From the NCBI RefSeq assembly GCF_026210795.1, contig NC_089433.1, forward strand, positions 4,216,001-4,280,000: a stretch of 64,000 bases of DNA. Direction: 5' to 3'. Origin of the DNA: Rhizophagus irregularis. Taxonomy: Eukaryota. This document shows, piece by piece, positions 52,918 through 64,000 of this stretch. The position numbers and the translations under genes were made by a program. The number at the start of each line of letters is the position of its first letter. Position 1 is the first letter of the stretch. A model generated the notes under the pieces. It worked only from the letters and a program-made list of their open reading frames with translations, was not told the origin of the DNA and made no database searches.

Positions 52918-55800
52918 TTTTTTTTTATAGGACGCACAAAGTGCGCACAAGTGCACAACATAAAAAAACAAAACAGAAAAAAATACAGGAGGCAACAATC
53001 AGTGTTGAATATTAACACCATCAAAGCTTCATAAATGTAACCATTATTTTTTTTTACATCTCAAAAAAAGAGAAGCTCAAACTCAAGAAATTAAATAAGG
53101 AAAATCCTTGTGGGATTCAAGAAATTAGACGATCAACGACTGACATACAGTGGAAAGAAAGTAAAGAAATAACAACAACAAGGGTGGCCTTACCCACCGG
53201 TTCTATATACATATATATATCTCATAATCATGAGTTGGGACGAACCTTGCCTCTCGTGGATCATGGATTTTTACGTAAATCTTCCCAGCAATTGATGTGA
53301 GTCTAAGCTTAGACACACGTCTAATGATGAAATTAATAACTCGTAAGATGATAATATACAGATTTAATATTCCATTTATAATTGAATTCGGATTGTATTG
53401 GTGACATTTTGTACAAGTTCCTATATGGTCTATTGTTGAAAGATCAAGTTTCGGGATGTCACTGGCAAAGTTCCATAGATGAACGAATTTTCTCTTGATC
53501 AATCAATTATAGAAGAGTCCAAATCAGTAAAGATACAGTGCCAAGTTTTGAGATATCACTGACGAGTTCCGCGAGTTCCATGAAATAAAGGACGATTTTG
53601 GAATAAACTCCTGTTTCAGTAAATATGATATTAATAAAGAAGTGTAATTGCACATGATATTATTCTAATTGTCAATGAAACTTTAAGGTGATGGACCTTA
53701 AAATGAAGAGACTTTTTGATGACTGGTACGTTCTAAAATAATGTGACTTAAATTATCTAATCTTTCCTTTTTAGTTTCTAGCCTAATTTTGTCACATATT
53801 ATTTTTAGATTATAACAAAAGACTTAGGTTTATTGCAATCTGTGCAAGGAGCAAGAAAAGGGAAATTTAAACTCAGGGTTGTAAAGTTCATGACTAGATA
53901 TCTTTTTAAAATTACTATATATCTGTCAATAATTTTGACAAAATTGTGAAAGTTAAAGCAATGTCATGAAGTTGGTTTTGAAAGATAATATGCATGGCAA
54001 TACATATTTAGTGGAATATCAGAGATGCAATATTACATCTCGTCATCCACAGAACGGACATATGCGAAGCAGAATGCTCCAGCTGACACTGATTTTTCCA
54101 AACCACAATCAATACAGATAATGACTTAACAGTGGCGGAGGAGGCAGAAGAAGCTTCAGAGGCATGTTGGATAGTGGAAGCATGTTGGTGATGGTTTATA
54201 ACGACTCTGCAAGAAGAATTGCCATCTTCAGAAAACATGAAGCACTTTAAAAGTTCTTTAATGAAAAACCATAATTATATACAAGAGATCAAACATTAAG
54301 TTAGACAGCAACATTGTAGAAAAAAATTATAGTAAAGAAACCAATAATATGCTTGTAACCGAATTTCTTGTTAAAACCAAATTTGTTCATATTATGTGAC
54401 TTACTGAGATTCTTGCTGGTTTAATATCAGTAATAGCACCATATTTTGTTTATAACCAATGAAGGTAATTGAAAATTATCATTAATTCTGGCAAAAAAAA
54501 AAAAAAAAAATTACTGAAAATTATGATAATAAAATTAAAAAAATGTTCTTCATTCCATATTAGGTTTTTAATCAACAAAGGTAATTGAAATTATTATTCA
54601 ATTCTGATAGAAAAATTTACTGAAAATTCAGCAGATGCTGATTAACATCAATACATCATAAAATCATATCTCTTATATCTGAGATTTATGTAATTTATTA
54701 TATAAAAATTTATAGTGATTCTTTATCATACATAGAATATCTACTAATGATGAAGAAGGAAGGAGAAGACATGCCACTTGGCAATTTTTGATAATTTCCT
54801 ATACAATTCAATATGTGACAACTCCATTTGTTGACTGAGGAATGAAATTTGATTTATTAAGAACTGAAAAAACATTTTGGGGAGTGTTTTCAAAGCAAAT
54901 TAATATTTGTTTCAGCACCAACTATTCAGGATAATTTGTCAAGAAGTAAATATTTTATTACAAGCATAGTCAGCAAATCCAAAATTACAAATTTTTGATA
55001 GCATATTAGAAGCTTGTTTACAATCACTTTCACTGAAACTTAAATGTTAACAAGAAATTAAGGCTAGTCTTAATTTTCTTCCACAGACTCCGATCCTTCA
55101 TCACATTTTGCCAGTTTCATCAACATTTTACTGTATATTATACTGTAGTAATATTATTTCACAGATTATATTAAATTATATTAATACAAGTACAAATAAT
55201 AAAAGATCCAACAATTAAATATGTGTACCTTATTAACTAACAATAATTACAAATTGCAATAAAGATATTTTAAATATTGGGCCCAATTGTATTTTATTAT
55301 CCGATTCATGGAGGAAATTATGGAATTACTTTATTATTTAGTTGCAGCTTTAATGAATTATTTAGTAAATATATCATCACATGATCTTGAATATTAATTA
55401 TTAAGAACTTTAGTTCTTAAAGTTTGCATTGAACATAGTGCGGCATAGGATCTTAGAGATAAAGTTCATAACCTAAAAGCAGCCTTTTCAGCTCAACAAG
55501 CATGACAATCAGTAATTCATTCAAATCCTAATATATGATAGATACCTATGGTTTAGTTTTGTCTTTCTCGGATACTTTAGCAGTGGATAATATTCTCAAT
55601 ATAATTATGGCGAAAATTTGGTCTCTTAAAGGAAGAGTGGGGAGCCACCACCATGATTATTATACACTGAAAAATTTTCACATTATTCACAAAATGCTTC
55701 ATCACCACGTTTTCATGTACATATTAGCAGATGACCCTCAATTTAAACATTCTTTTACACCCGAAACTGAATAATTTGATTCTATGACTCTATGTTACTT
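52918..55800 (-). mobile_element. Probable decayed non-LTR retrotransposon (LINE) fragment
   Basis: Coding-like but stop-riddled and CpG-poor. Remnants include CxxC motifs (CTKCHQ, CIDCGL) and a frameshifted GG-GLPTLP resembling a post-RT domain. A-rich end on the minus strand near 52918-52926. No RT core seen. Confidence 0.35.
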
Positions 55801-56455
55801 TTGATGAAAATACTTTGTCATAATAGTATATAATAAAATTATTAATTGAGTTTGTTAAAAAATTTTATTTTCAAAATGATAGTTTACGCGTTAATTGGAA
55901 ACTCTACGTTAAATTTCAAATCATTTTTATTTTGGGACCTTAGGAAAGGCATTATTATTATTGAAGTACATCAATTATATTTTAATTTTTCAAATAATCA
56001 CCTCTTCTCCCTTTTCGTTCTCCTCTTCCTCTTCGTTATGTTCTCCAATTTCAGCATCGGTATCCAATATCCGGTTGTGATTCAACGGCATCTTTAAGGC
56101 GACCTTTGTTAGCCCACGCGAGTCCAGCGCGAGGCTAAAAAAGGTGCCTCGTTTTCATTTTTACAATTGAATAAATAAAATCGTTTAATAAATAAACTCT
56201 TATGGTTTTTTCCAAAATAAATGTATCGTAAATAAATGTATCATATTATATTCGTATCATTAAAATTTCAATCTATGTAAACTTGAATATATAAATTTAT
56301 TTTATCATCATATGTATAGATAAGATCTGAAAGCAAGAAATAAAAGGTAATAAATAATTATACACCATGAAGACAATAATAAAATTCAAAAAAGTGGGAT
56401 AGTTTATTTTAATAATTAGTATTATTTATTTCATGGGGAGTTGGAAATAAATGGG

Positions 56456-56660
56456 TAATCCCCTGGAGCGTGTCACTCATTAAATATTAACTATTTTAAC
56501 TATTTTAAACTAAAATTAGTAACTTCCCGGCTATCTATATGAGACCGGGAAATAACTAAACGAAGATTCCCGGTCATTTATAAACTCAGCTAATCACTCG
56601 CAATTTTCAAAAATTAGTATGAAGGTGATCATGAGTGACACTTAGTGCGATAGGGGATTA
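56456..56660. mobile_element. MITE-like inverted-repeat element
   Basis: taatcccct..gtgtcactcat / atgagtgacac..aggggatta arms with an internal ttcccgg/ccgggaa hairpin. Confidence 0.6.
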
Positions 56661-57514
56661 TTATTATTATAAATTTTAAATTACATACTGTAAAAAAATT
56701 TGGTTGCAAATGCTTTTTATTATTTTTTTATTTTTTTAATTTTAATTTTTTTTTTAATGATAAGATTTCAAATATAGGATATTAATTTCTGTTAAAAATA
56801 AAGATTAAGAGAACTTGGATCTAAATATTATAATGTAGTGAATGTTAATTGTATAACTAATAGATAATAGGAGTAATAATAGAGAAAAGAGAAAGAATTG
56901 TAATTTTTTTTTAAAAAATATTTAACGTGTCTTGAAATATCTACTATACTTCCAATTTTGAAAACCAATTTTTTTTAATATACATAAGATTGTAAATATA
57001 AAAATTCGCAAAAAAATAAAAATAATAAATGACATTAAAAATAACAAGAACGTTAAGAAAATTTACACTTCTAAATAAATTTTAAGTAAATAAGAGATTT
57101 TAAGAAGTACAGTAAATAAAGATGAAATGTTAATATGATGGTTATAAGTAGATGGCGAATAATTATTTTTACAAAAAAAAAAATAAAACACTAAAACTTC
57201 TTCAAGTGTGAGATATGTAGATTATGTTATAATGTTTTTTTGTTTTTTTTCTTTCTTCCATAAACTCCAATTTCACGGGAAAAATAAAAATTTTTGCGCC
57301 ATTATTTCTGTACATCTGAGAACTGTGTTTCAAATACACCGGTCTCACCAAGTACCCGGGAATCAACGCTTATTTGCCCACTATAATCCTTTTTTTTTTT
57401 TACGTGAAATTTCTCTCATGATATACGTCTCGAGGTCTTGAGGAAATAAATTTTTTTTTTATAATAGTTTTTCCATTAATATGTAGAGAAGATATAAATA
57501 AAATGTTAAATAAT

Positions 57515-59416
57515 TTAATTTAAATATTGAACAAGCGATTCGACCACTTGAGCCATACTTGGTCGCTAAAAAACGTAAATGAAATCAGTCAATTTAATTG
57601 ATTTATTAATTTAAAATTTTCTTCAAAAAAATAATTTAATTTACCGCTGAAGGAAGTTTCTGCCACATATCTTGAATTAATAAAAGAAGTGTAGTTGGAT
57701 AATTCTTTAATTCAATTAGTGATGGACGAACATTTCTATCTCTAACAGCCTCATACAATTGATGTTCGTTATAATTGTGATAAGGATATCCAGCTTCTCC
57801 CCATGTCAAAATTTCCCAGAAAATAAGTGCAGCGGCATATACATCAACCTAAAAAAAAATTAACGAATTTTTTTTAGAAAATAACATTATTATTTAGTTA
57901 AAATTAATAATTCTTATATAATACCTTTTCAGTATAGCTAGGATTAGGAGTCCAAAATTCTGGTGCTTGCCAATTTGGAGTACCACATTGGGTGTGCATA
58001 CTTGCATTTGCTTTTGGTCTAATACGGGCTAATCCAAAATCATTAATTTTCGCTCGTAAATTAGAGGATATCTAAAAAAGATAACCCAATTTAGTGAATT
58101 GATCTGAATTTATTGAAATAAATCATCTAGTACATACCAATATGTTCATAGATTTCAAATCCTAAAATATGTACATATAACAATAAGTATATACGACGTT
58201 AATTATTATTCTTAAAAAAAAAACAAATTGCGAATGTACTAATGTGCTAACGACTTACTCTATGAATAATGCTTGGACGACGAGTGTGTAAATATGTAAT
58301 GCCAAGTGCAATGTCATGCATAAACATGATCTTTAAAAAAAAAAAAGGTATGTAAGTTATATAAGTTTAAGAATTTTACCTTAAATCAGAGATTACAAAC
58401 CTGTTGAGTAAAAGGTGGTCTTGGTACTTTTCTCATATAGTCAAATAAATCACCATTTTCACAAAATTCAGTTATAATAAATAATTGTTTAGTATTAGTG
58501 CTTATTCCTATGAATTGAATAATGTTCTCGTGACGTAGTTGTCTATTATTCCCGATAAGAAAGTTTTATTAGAAAAAGTAAATCATAAATAAATCATAAA
58601 TGAAAGGAATATATATCATATTACGTACTTTAGGACATTAATCTCATGTTTCGTTTCTTTGAGATCAGATTCACTAAAATTAACAACGCGAAGTTCTCCA
58701 ATGGCGACAGATTGCTAAAAAAATTTCCGTATAGGTTGAATTAATAACATTAATATCTTGCCGAGAAAAAAATTATCCTTGTATTAATACTCACTTCTTT
58801 GTATTTTCCTTCATAGCAATCTTTAAAACCTCCCGAGCCTATTTTTCTACCGATTTCTAGATCCTCATATTTTATTTCACTTGCATCATTATCCAAAAAT
58901 ACCGATGATAAGGAACAAATTTTATCTTGCTTTAACCCACTTGATCCATCGATTGAGAAAAGCTTAGGCGTAGACGGCGCGGGAACAGGTCGTGTATTTA
59001 GTTTCTAAATAAGAAATGAAATAAGAATAAATCAATTTTTTTTAACTAGTTTCAAAATTTTTCACGTAATATTTACCCAATCCAGTAATGCTTTTATCAA
59101 AGTGGGTTTATCACCTTCAATACTTATTCCTTCATACCAAAAATAAAAAATAAATTAAAATGATTAAATAATAAAATTTGAATACAAATAATATTTAATT
59201 ATTATTTTACCTCTATCTTGACATAGAGTAATCAATTCTGCTAAATGTTTTTCACTGAGCGTAAGTGGGCTTTCATGCTCCAATTCTGTATCTAAAAAAT
59301 ATAATGGTCAAAATGTTAGCTAAAATTGTTAATAAAACTCCAGATAAAGGAAAGGTTTCGATAATATTACCGATATGATATTCGATTGTTTGAATTTGAA
59401 ATTGGGATGGTGACAT
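57515..59416 (-). CDS. TKL-type protein kinase with N-terminal SAP-like helical module and WNK-like lysine placement, 371 aa
   Basis: 11 exons: 59416-59371, 59291-59211, 59129-59077, 59004-58795, 58714-58629, 58542-58401, 58330-58259, 58161-58138, 58071-57925, 57848-57645, 57565-57515. They total 1116 nt in frame. Motifs IGSGGFKDCY, VAIGEL, HRDLKSMN, DFG, GTPNWQAPE, DVYA, RP. Missed by the ORF track. Confidence 0.92.
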
Positions 59417-60389
59417 TTTGATAAAGGCTTTAAATTTAAAGGGTACGAAATTGGCGCAGTAATAAAAAAAAAATATAATTTTTAAAATTTGGGATTTCTA
59501 TAATTTTTAGTTTAAAAAAAAAAAGTCGTCTTTTTCTTTTTATATACAACACACGAAAAATGTTTAATTTATTTCGATTATATTTGCATCATAATGATGT
59601 AATTTTTTAATTCGTGTGACTATTTATAAGATTTTCAGAATCGACTTTTAATATATGTTTTTTTTTATCAGAGAAAAAATAAAAAAAAATTTACCTGGAA
59701 AATGTCTATAAAAAAAAACGCCAATTGATCAACTTTGATTATTATATTTATATTATTATTTATAAAATGATGATCAGGTTTATTGTCAATTTTAGGCTTA
59801 ATTTATGATAAATTTAGAAATTTCACAAGTTAAGTAAGACAGAAATGTCTAGAAATTCTTATTGAATTTCCTTTTTTAATCATTCTTTATCGTATTAAAT
59901 CTAATACTCAATAAAAATGTCATAGGCTTCACACACGGGGATAGAAATATTGCTAAATTTGGTTAGTGATTAAGGAAAATCGAGATTTCCTATGGAACAA
60001 AAATAACAGTAACTTTCCTAATAATTATATATTGTATTACGTACAAAATATACAAAGTTTTGACATTGAAGTATTTGAAACGTGTTGATAAACATGCTGT
60101 TATTGTTTAAATTTAAACTTGTATTAAATGTCATCATTTATATTTGTAATAATTTAAGACCAAATATAAACTAGAAAAAAGTTGATCGTAATGAGGAAAA
60201 CGTAATGTATTGTGTGACATCAAGTATGTAATATCACGTGATTTACCTGATACGAATATTTTGCATGATATTATTTAAAACTGATGCATCAAAACATTCT
60301 TTTTCTTTTGCGCCATAAATAATTATTGATTATTAATCTATATTAGTTTCTCCTTTTTTTCTCTCTAATACTTGGTTTGAAAAAAAGAG

Positions 60390-61246
60390 ATGTGTGACAA
60401 GCTCCCTAACGAAATTCTTATAAAAATTCTTACCGAAGTACTTCAAGACATGAGGCACGTTTTTGATTTTTTTTTCTTTTTAAAGGAAATTTAACATGAT
60501 AGAATTATCCTATAATTAAGTTAACACGATTAAGTTCTTTTTTCTTCTTTATTCTATTTTTGTTTAAAACAGTTATGAAAAATTTATTAATCTTCGATAC
60601 GTCAATAATAAGTGGAAGTTGTTGGTATCTGTGGTGATCAATGATGAATTTTCTCAAAAGTTGAAAAAAGACTTTGAATTCATGGTAAAAGGGAAAAAGC
60701 GTTTATGGCAAATAATATATGTATATATATAATTTATTTTAATTAATTCTATTAATTTTTATTATTTTTAATTATTTTTTTCATGTTATCTTTCCCTATT
60801 TTCATATTATTTAGAATCATCAAGTTCGAACAGATAATAAATTAAATATCAAATCAACGTATTATGATCCAAAAGATGGAAAATTTTCTTTTGAAATCTC
60901 CCCTTCTCCTTCATCACCATCATCATATTCACCGTTACCATCATCAACAATAATACATTCATCATTAAACGCACAATCAGAGTTATCATTAGAATATCTT
61001 TGTAAAGGTAGAGTAATTTATTGGAGATTACCTACAAGTCATTATTATAATGCTCATGAGGAGAGAAATGATGGTTGTATTTTTGTTAAAGGATTTTGGT
61101 ATGAAAATCAAGAAATTAAGCGTATTAAAATTAATGCTTCAATTATTTTTAGAATGTTGGAAGGTGAAGAAGATTTTTGGGAATCTTTTAAAAGAAGAAA
61201 TGTTAGTGTTACTAGAATGTTAAAACTTGAAATGTTATACGTTTAA
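60390..61246 (+). CDS. F-box protein, 202 aa
   Basis: Exons 60390-60454, 60573-60684, 60815-61246 (609 nt). N-terminal MCDKLPNEILIKILTEVLQDMSYEKFINLRYVNNKWKLLV is an F-box pattern. The first intron needs a GC donor. Confidence 0.8.
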
Positions 61247-62609
61247 AGATATAATATAATGAAAATAGTTTTGAGAAATTAAGATAATTCTATGTAGAAT
61301 AATTAATAATACGGGATAATAATATAATTATATTAATAGTAATAATACTCAAGATACTGTAGTTACCGTGCCTTTGTAATTTGTATATTTGTTACGATGA
61401 TCAAAATTAATAATAAATTTACGTACTTGATCTGATTTATTCTTTTAATGGAAGATTTCAGCTCAAATTTTCCTCTAAACATATTCCTTTAATTCAAGAT
61501 ACGTCCTTATTCTTTAAATAATCTTCGATCATGTAGGAAATTATTACCATGCTATCATTTAATCTTTCTAATTCTTGGAAGAGTCATATAAAATACGTAT
61601 AAAATACGTAAACCTATTGATAATTTGCATGTTATTTTATTCATGGATTTCATCGATTTCACCGTTAAGAAATGTGACATAATACAAAAAATAATAAAAT
61701 AATTAAGTGTATGCGACGTGGAGTAAAAATATTGATCAATGATCGATATCCACGTTTTATCGTTCGATCATTAGGAATACTGCGGCGACCAATAGAATTA
61801 TGTTGTTTACACTTCATAATAATATTCGCTCTATAAAAAAAACCCGCATATTTGCACTATTCAAATTAGCAATTAAAAAATCATCGGAGTATCATTATCT
61901 TTATTATGATTGTACATTTCATTCGGAATTAAATATATTTTGTTCATAAATAATTATATTAGAACGAAAATTATATAGGATAAAAATTCTTCCTAAAGAC
62001 GATTTAAAATTCTTTCCCCAAAAAATCGGTGTATGTATATTACCATAATAATCACACTTAAAATTAGAATACGTCTCTTTATTTGGCTAAAAATTATATA
62101 TCCTAAAGTAGAAACACAATATACTTTTTTGTAATAATAGCAAAAAGAAATTGCATTATTAAAAGTGAAGGCGTTAGATATGTTAGATATTACTTAATAA
62201 ACCAGTTTTATTCGAGTATAGTGGCATATACACGTGATAATCATTGAATAAAGTTTCTTTACGTAAGCAAAATTATGGGGCAATGGGGATAATGCAATTT
62301 GCAATGTGTTTCACACGTTTTTCATGGGAAATTTTTTGAACCAATCATTCAATTTGGGAACTTTTACACCATTCTCCATTTTGAAAATGCTGTGTAATCC
62401 GTTACGCTATGCGTGATAATTGCACATGTTTACACCTAGCATCGATTCTATTCATTTACAAAGCTACGATTAAGGAAAATAAGCACTTTGTTTGATGGAT
62501 AAACCTTATTCCAGCAGATGATACTTCTCAATAATAGAGTAATGGCTTATGAGAATCATCTTGTTAGAAAAAAAAGGAAGAAATACCAAAACTTTTTTTG
62601 TGCTGAATA

Positions 62610-63215
62610 CATTGTTAAATAACCAACGTAATCTAAATCGGAACTGGTGTTCAATATTGTTTGAGCGTTTATAGTAAATTAATACTAAACTAAAACTGTT
62701 AGGGAAATATATTTTATAATTATCGATATAGAAGTATCTTAAAAAAAATATTATATTAGACTTATGTATAATTATTTCATTTTATCAAACCACATTTATC
62801 GTAGCTAGAAGCAATAAAATCTCTTTTCTCTCTTTTTTGATTAGAATCATCATAAATTCAGATGTTTGATTGGTAAATGGTAAATATTATTGCGATTATC
62901 GTGGTTGACAATTCACAATCATCATCATCAACATAAGAACATTATCGGCTATTGTTAATCGTACATTTATCATAGAATATCTTTGATAATTTATTGGAAA
63001 TTACCTCGAGATTCTATAATTATTTTGAGATCACTTCTTAAGCCTGAAAAGCCGATATAGTAATGTTTATAGGAGATATATGAGGGAAATAACGGTTTTA
63101 TTTTCGTTAAATATGAAAGTCAAAAAATAGAACGTGTTTGAATTAATGCATCTGTAAATTAGTTTTCTAGAGATCTTTCAAAGGAAGTAATGTTTATGTT
63201 TGTAGAATGTTAAGG
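62610..63215 (+). pseudogene. Decayed tandem paralog of the F-box gene
   Basis: Collinear remnants with stops and indels: ttagaatcatca acceptor, tagaatatctttg, aatttattgga..ttacct, attaatgc, tagaatgttaa. Confidence 0.7.
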
Positions 63216-63610
63216 CATGTTTAAGATGAGATGACAAGAAATATAGAGAAAAATTACCAGTAGACCGGCTTCTTAATTTCGATTGGAATCAATCATTTTA
63301 TTAATATAATGGCAGCCCAAATTAAATTCCGAATAATCTTTCATGTTTTATCCACCAAAATTGAATACTTGGAGTACTTAGGTACTACTTACTGTATTCT
63401 ATAAAAAGTACATTATTTTACATATTTAATTAAATCGGTAATGTTGCAAATTTTTGCACTATTGAAAAAAATTTAGGGTTGGTTATAAAATTACGGTATT
63501 TTAAAAATTTTGGCTGTTAATTACAATGTCAGTTATGTAAGTTATATGAGAAAATATATCGGAATAATTCAGAAAGATTAAACTTAATATATTATCTCGT
63601 TTTTGAACCA

Positions 63611-63824
63611 AGTCGATCCGTTTTTTTCCGTAAAAGGCTCATATTTCCGGAATTAATAACCATATATCACGGAATTTATCGAATTATTTACATTTTCCGT
63701 GAATGGATCCGTGAAAGGCTCATTTTTACGGATATAATTAATAAGATGGCAAAAAAAATTAGTGATGCGACCCAAATTCATCCATGAGTTTTTACAGAAA
63801 TAACGGATAAAATTTTTTATAGGG
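63611..63824. mobile_element. CACTA/CMC-like MITE family B, left end missing
   Basis: Highly similar to 36984-37154 and ends tttttataggg. Confidence 0.8.
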
Positions 63825-64000
63825 CTATGTAACATAATTCTCACAACCCTAGTAATATTTGATGTATTTACTCATTGAGTAATGCAAAAATGGAAGACGA
63901 TATTGATTACTTTTTGTTATTAATTTAATTATAACTCTTGTTGAAATATCATGAATAAGAAAAGACATGTACACTTATATGTGCATTTTAGTTCTGATAG

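Noticed and set aside
53559..53600. Hammerhead ribozyme (ctgacgag...ggacga)
   Set aside because: The conserved GAAA core is replaced by GATT, and no convincing stems I or III were found.

Overview
Very AT-rich eukaryotic DNA with short GT-AG introns. The gene families are typical of arbuscular mycorrhizal fungi (Glomeromycotina, Rhizophagus-like); this taxon is inferred, not verified. I reconstructed about 13 intact genes by hand, several of them missed or fragmented by the ORF track. They are: a DOMON/cytochrome b561 protein, an ecdysoneless/SGT1-family protein, a small secreted CBM19-like protein, a Sel1-like + MYND-finger protein, two tandem FAD-linked (BBE-like) oxidases, a PARP-like ADP-ribosyltransferase-fold protein, an 11-exon TKL-type kinase with a WNK-like relocated lysine, an F-box protein, and several hypothetical proteins. 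At 1-5.8 kb there is a kinase gene built from six tandem, exon-delimited zinc-ribbon + N-lobe modules and one C-lobe. It is disrupted by a hAT-type insertion and a 1-nt frameshift. Intergenic DNA is rich in non-autonomous DNA transposons, classified here only by their termini and target-site duplications (TSDs): hAT-like (8-bp TSD), Mutator-like (about 10-bp TSD), CACTA/CMC-like (CCC...GGG, 3-bp TSD) and Tc1/mariner-like (TA TSD), some of them nested. There are also a probable decayed LINE and several gene relics. I found no rRNA, tRNA or CRISPR array.
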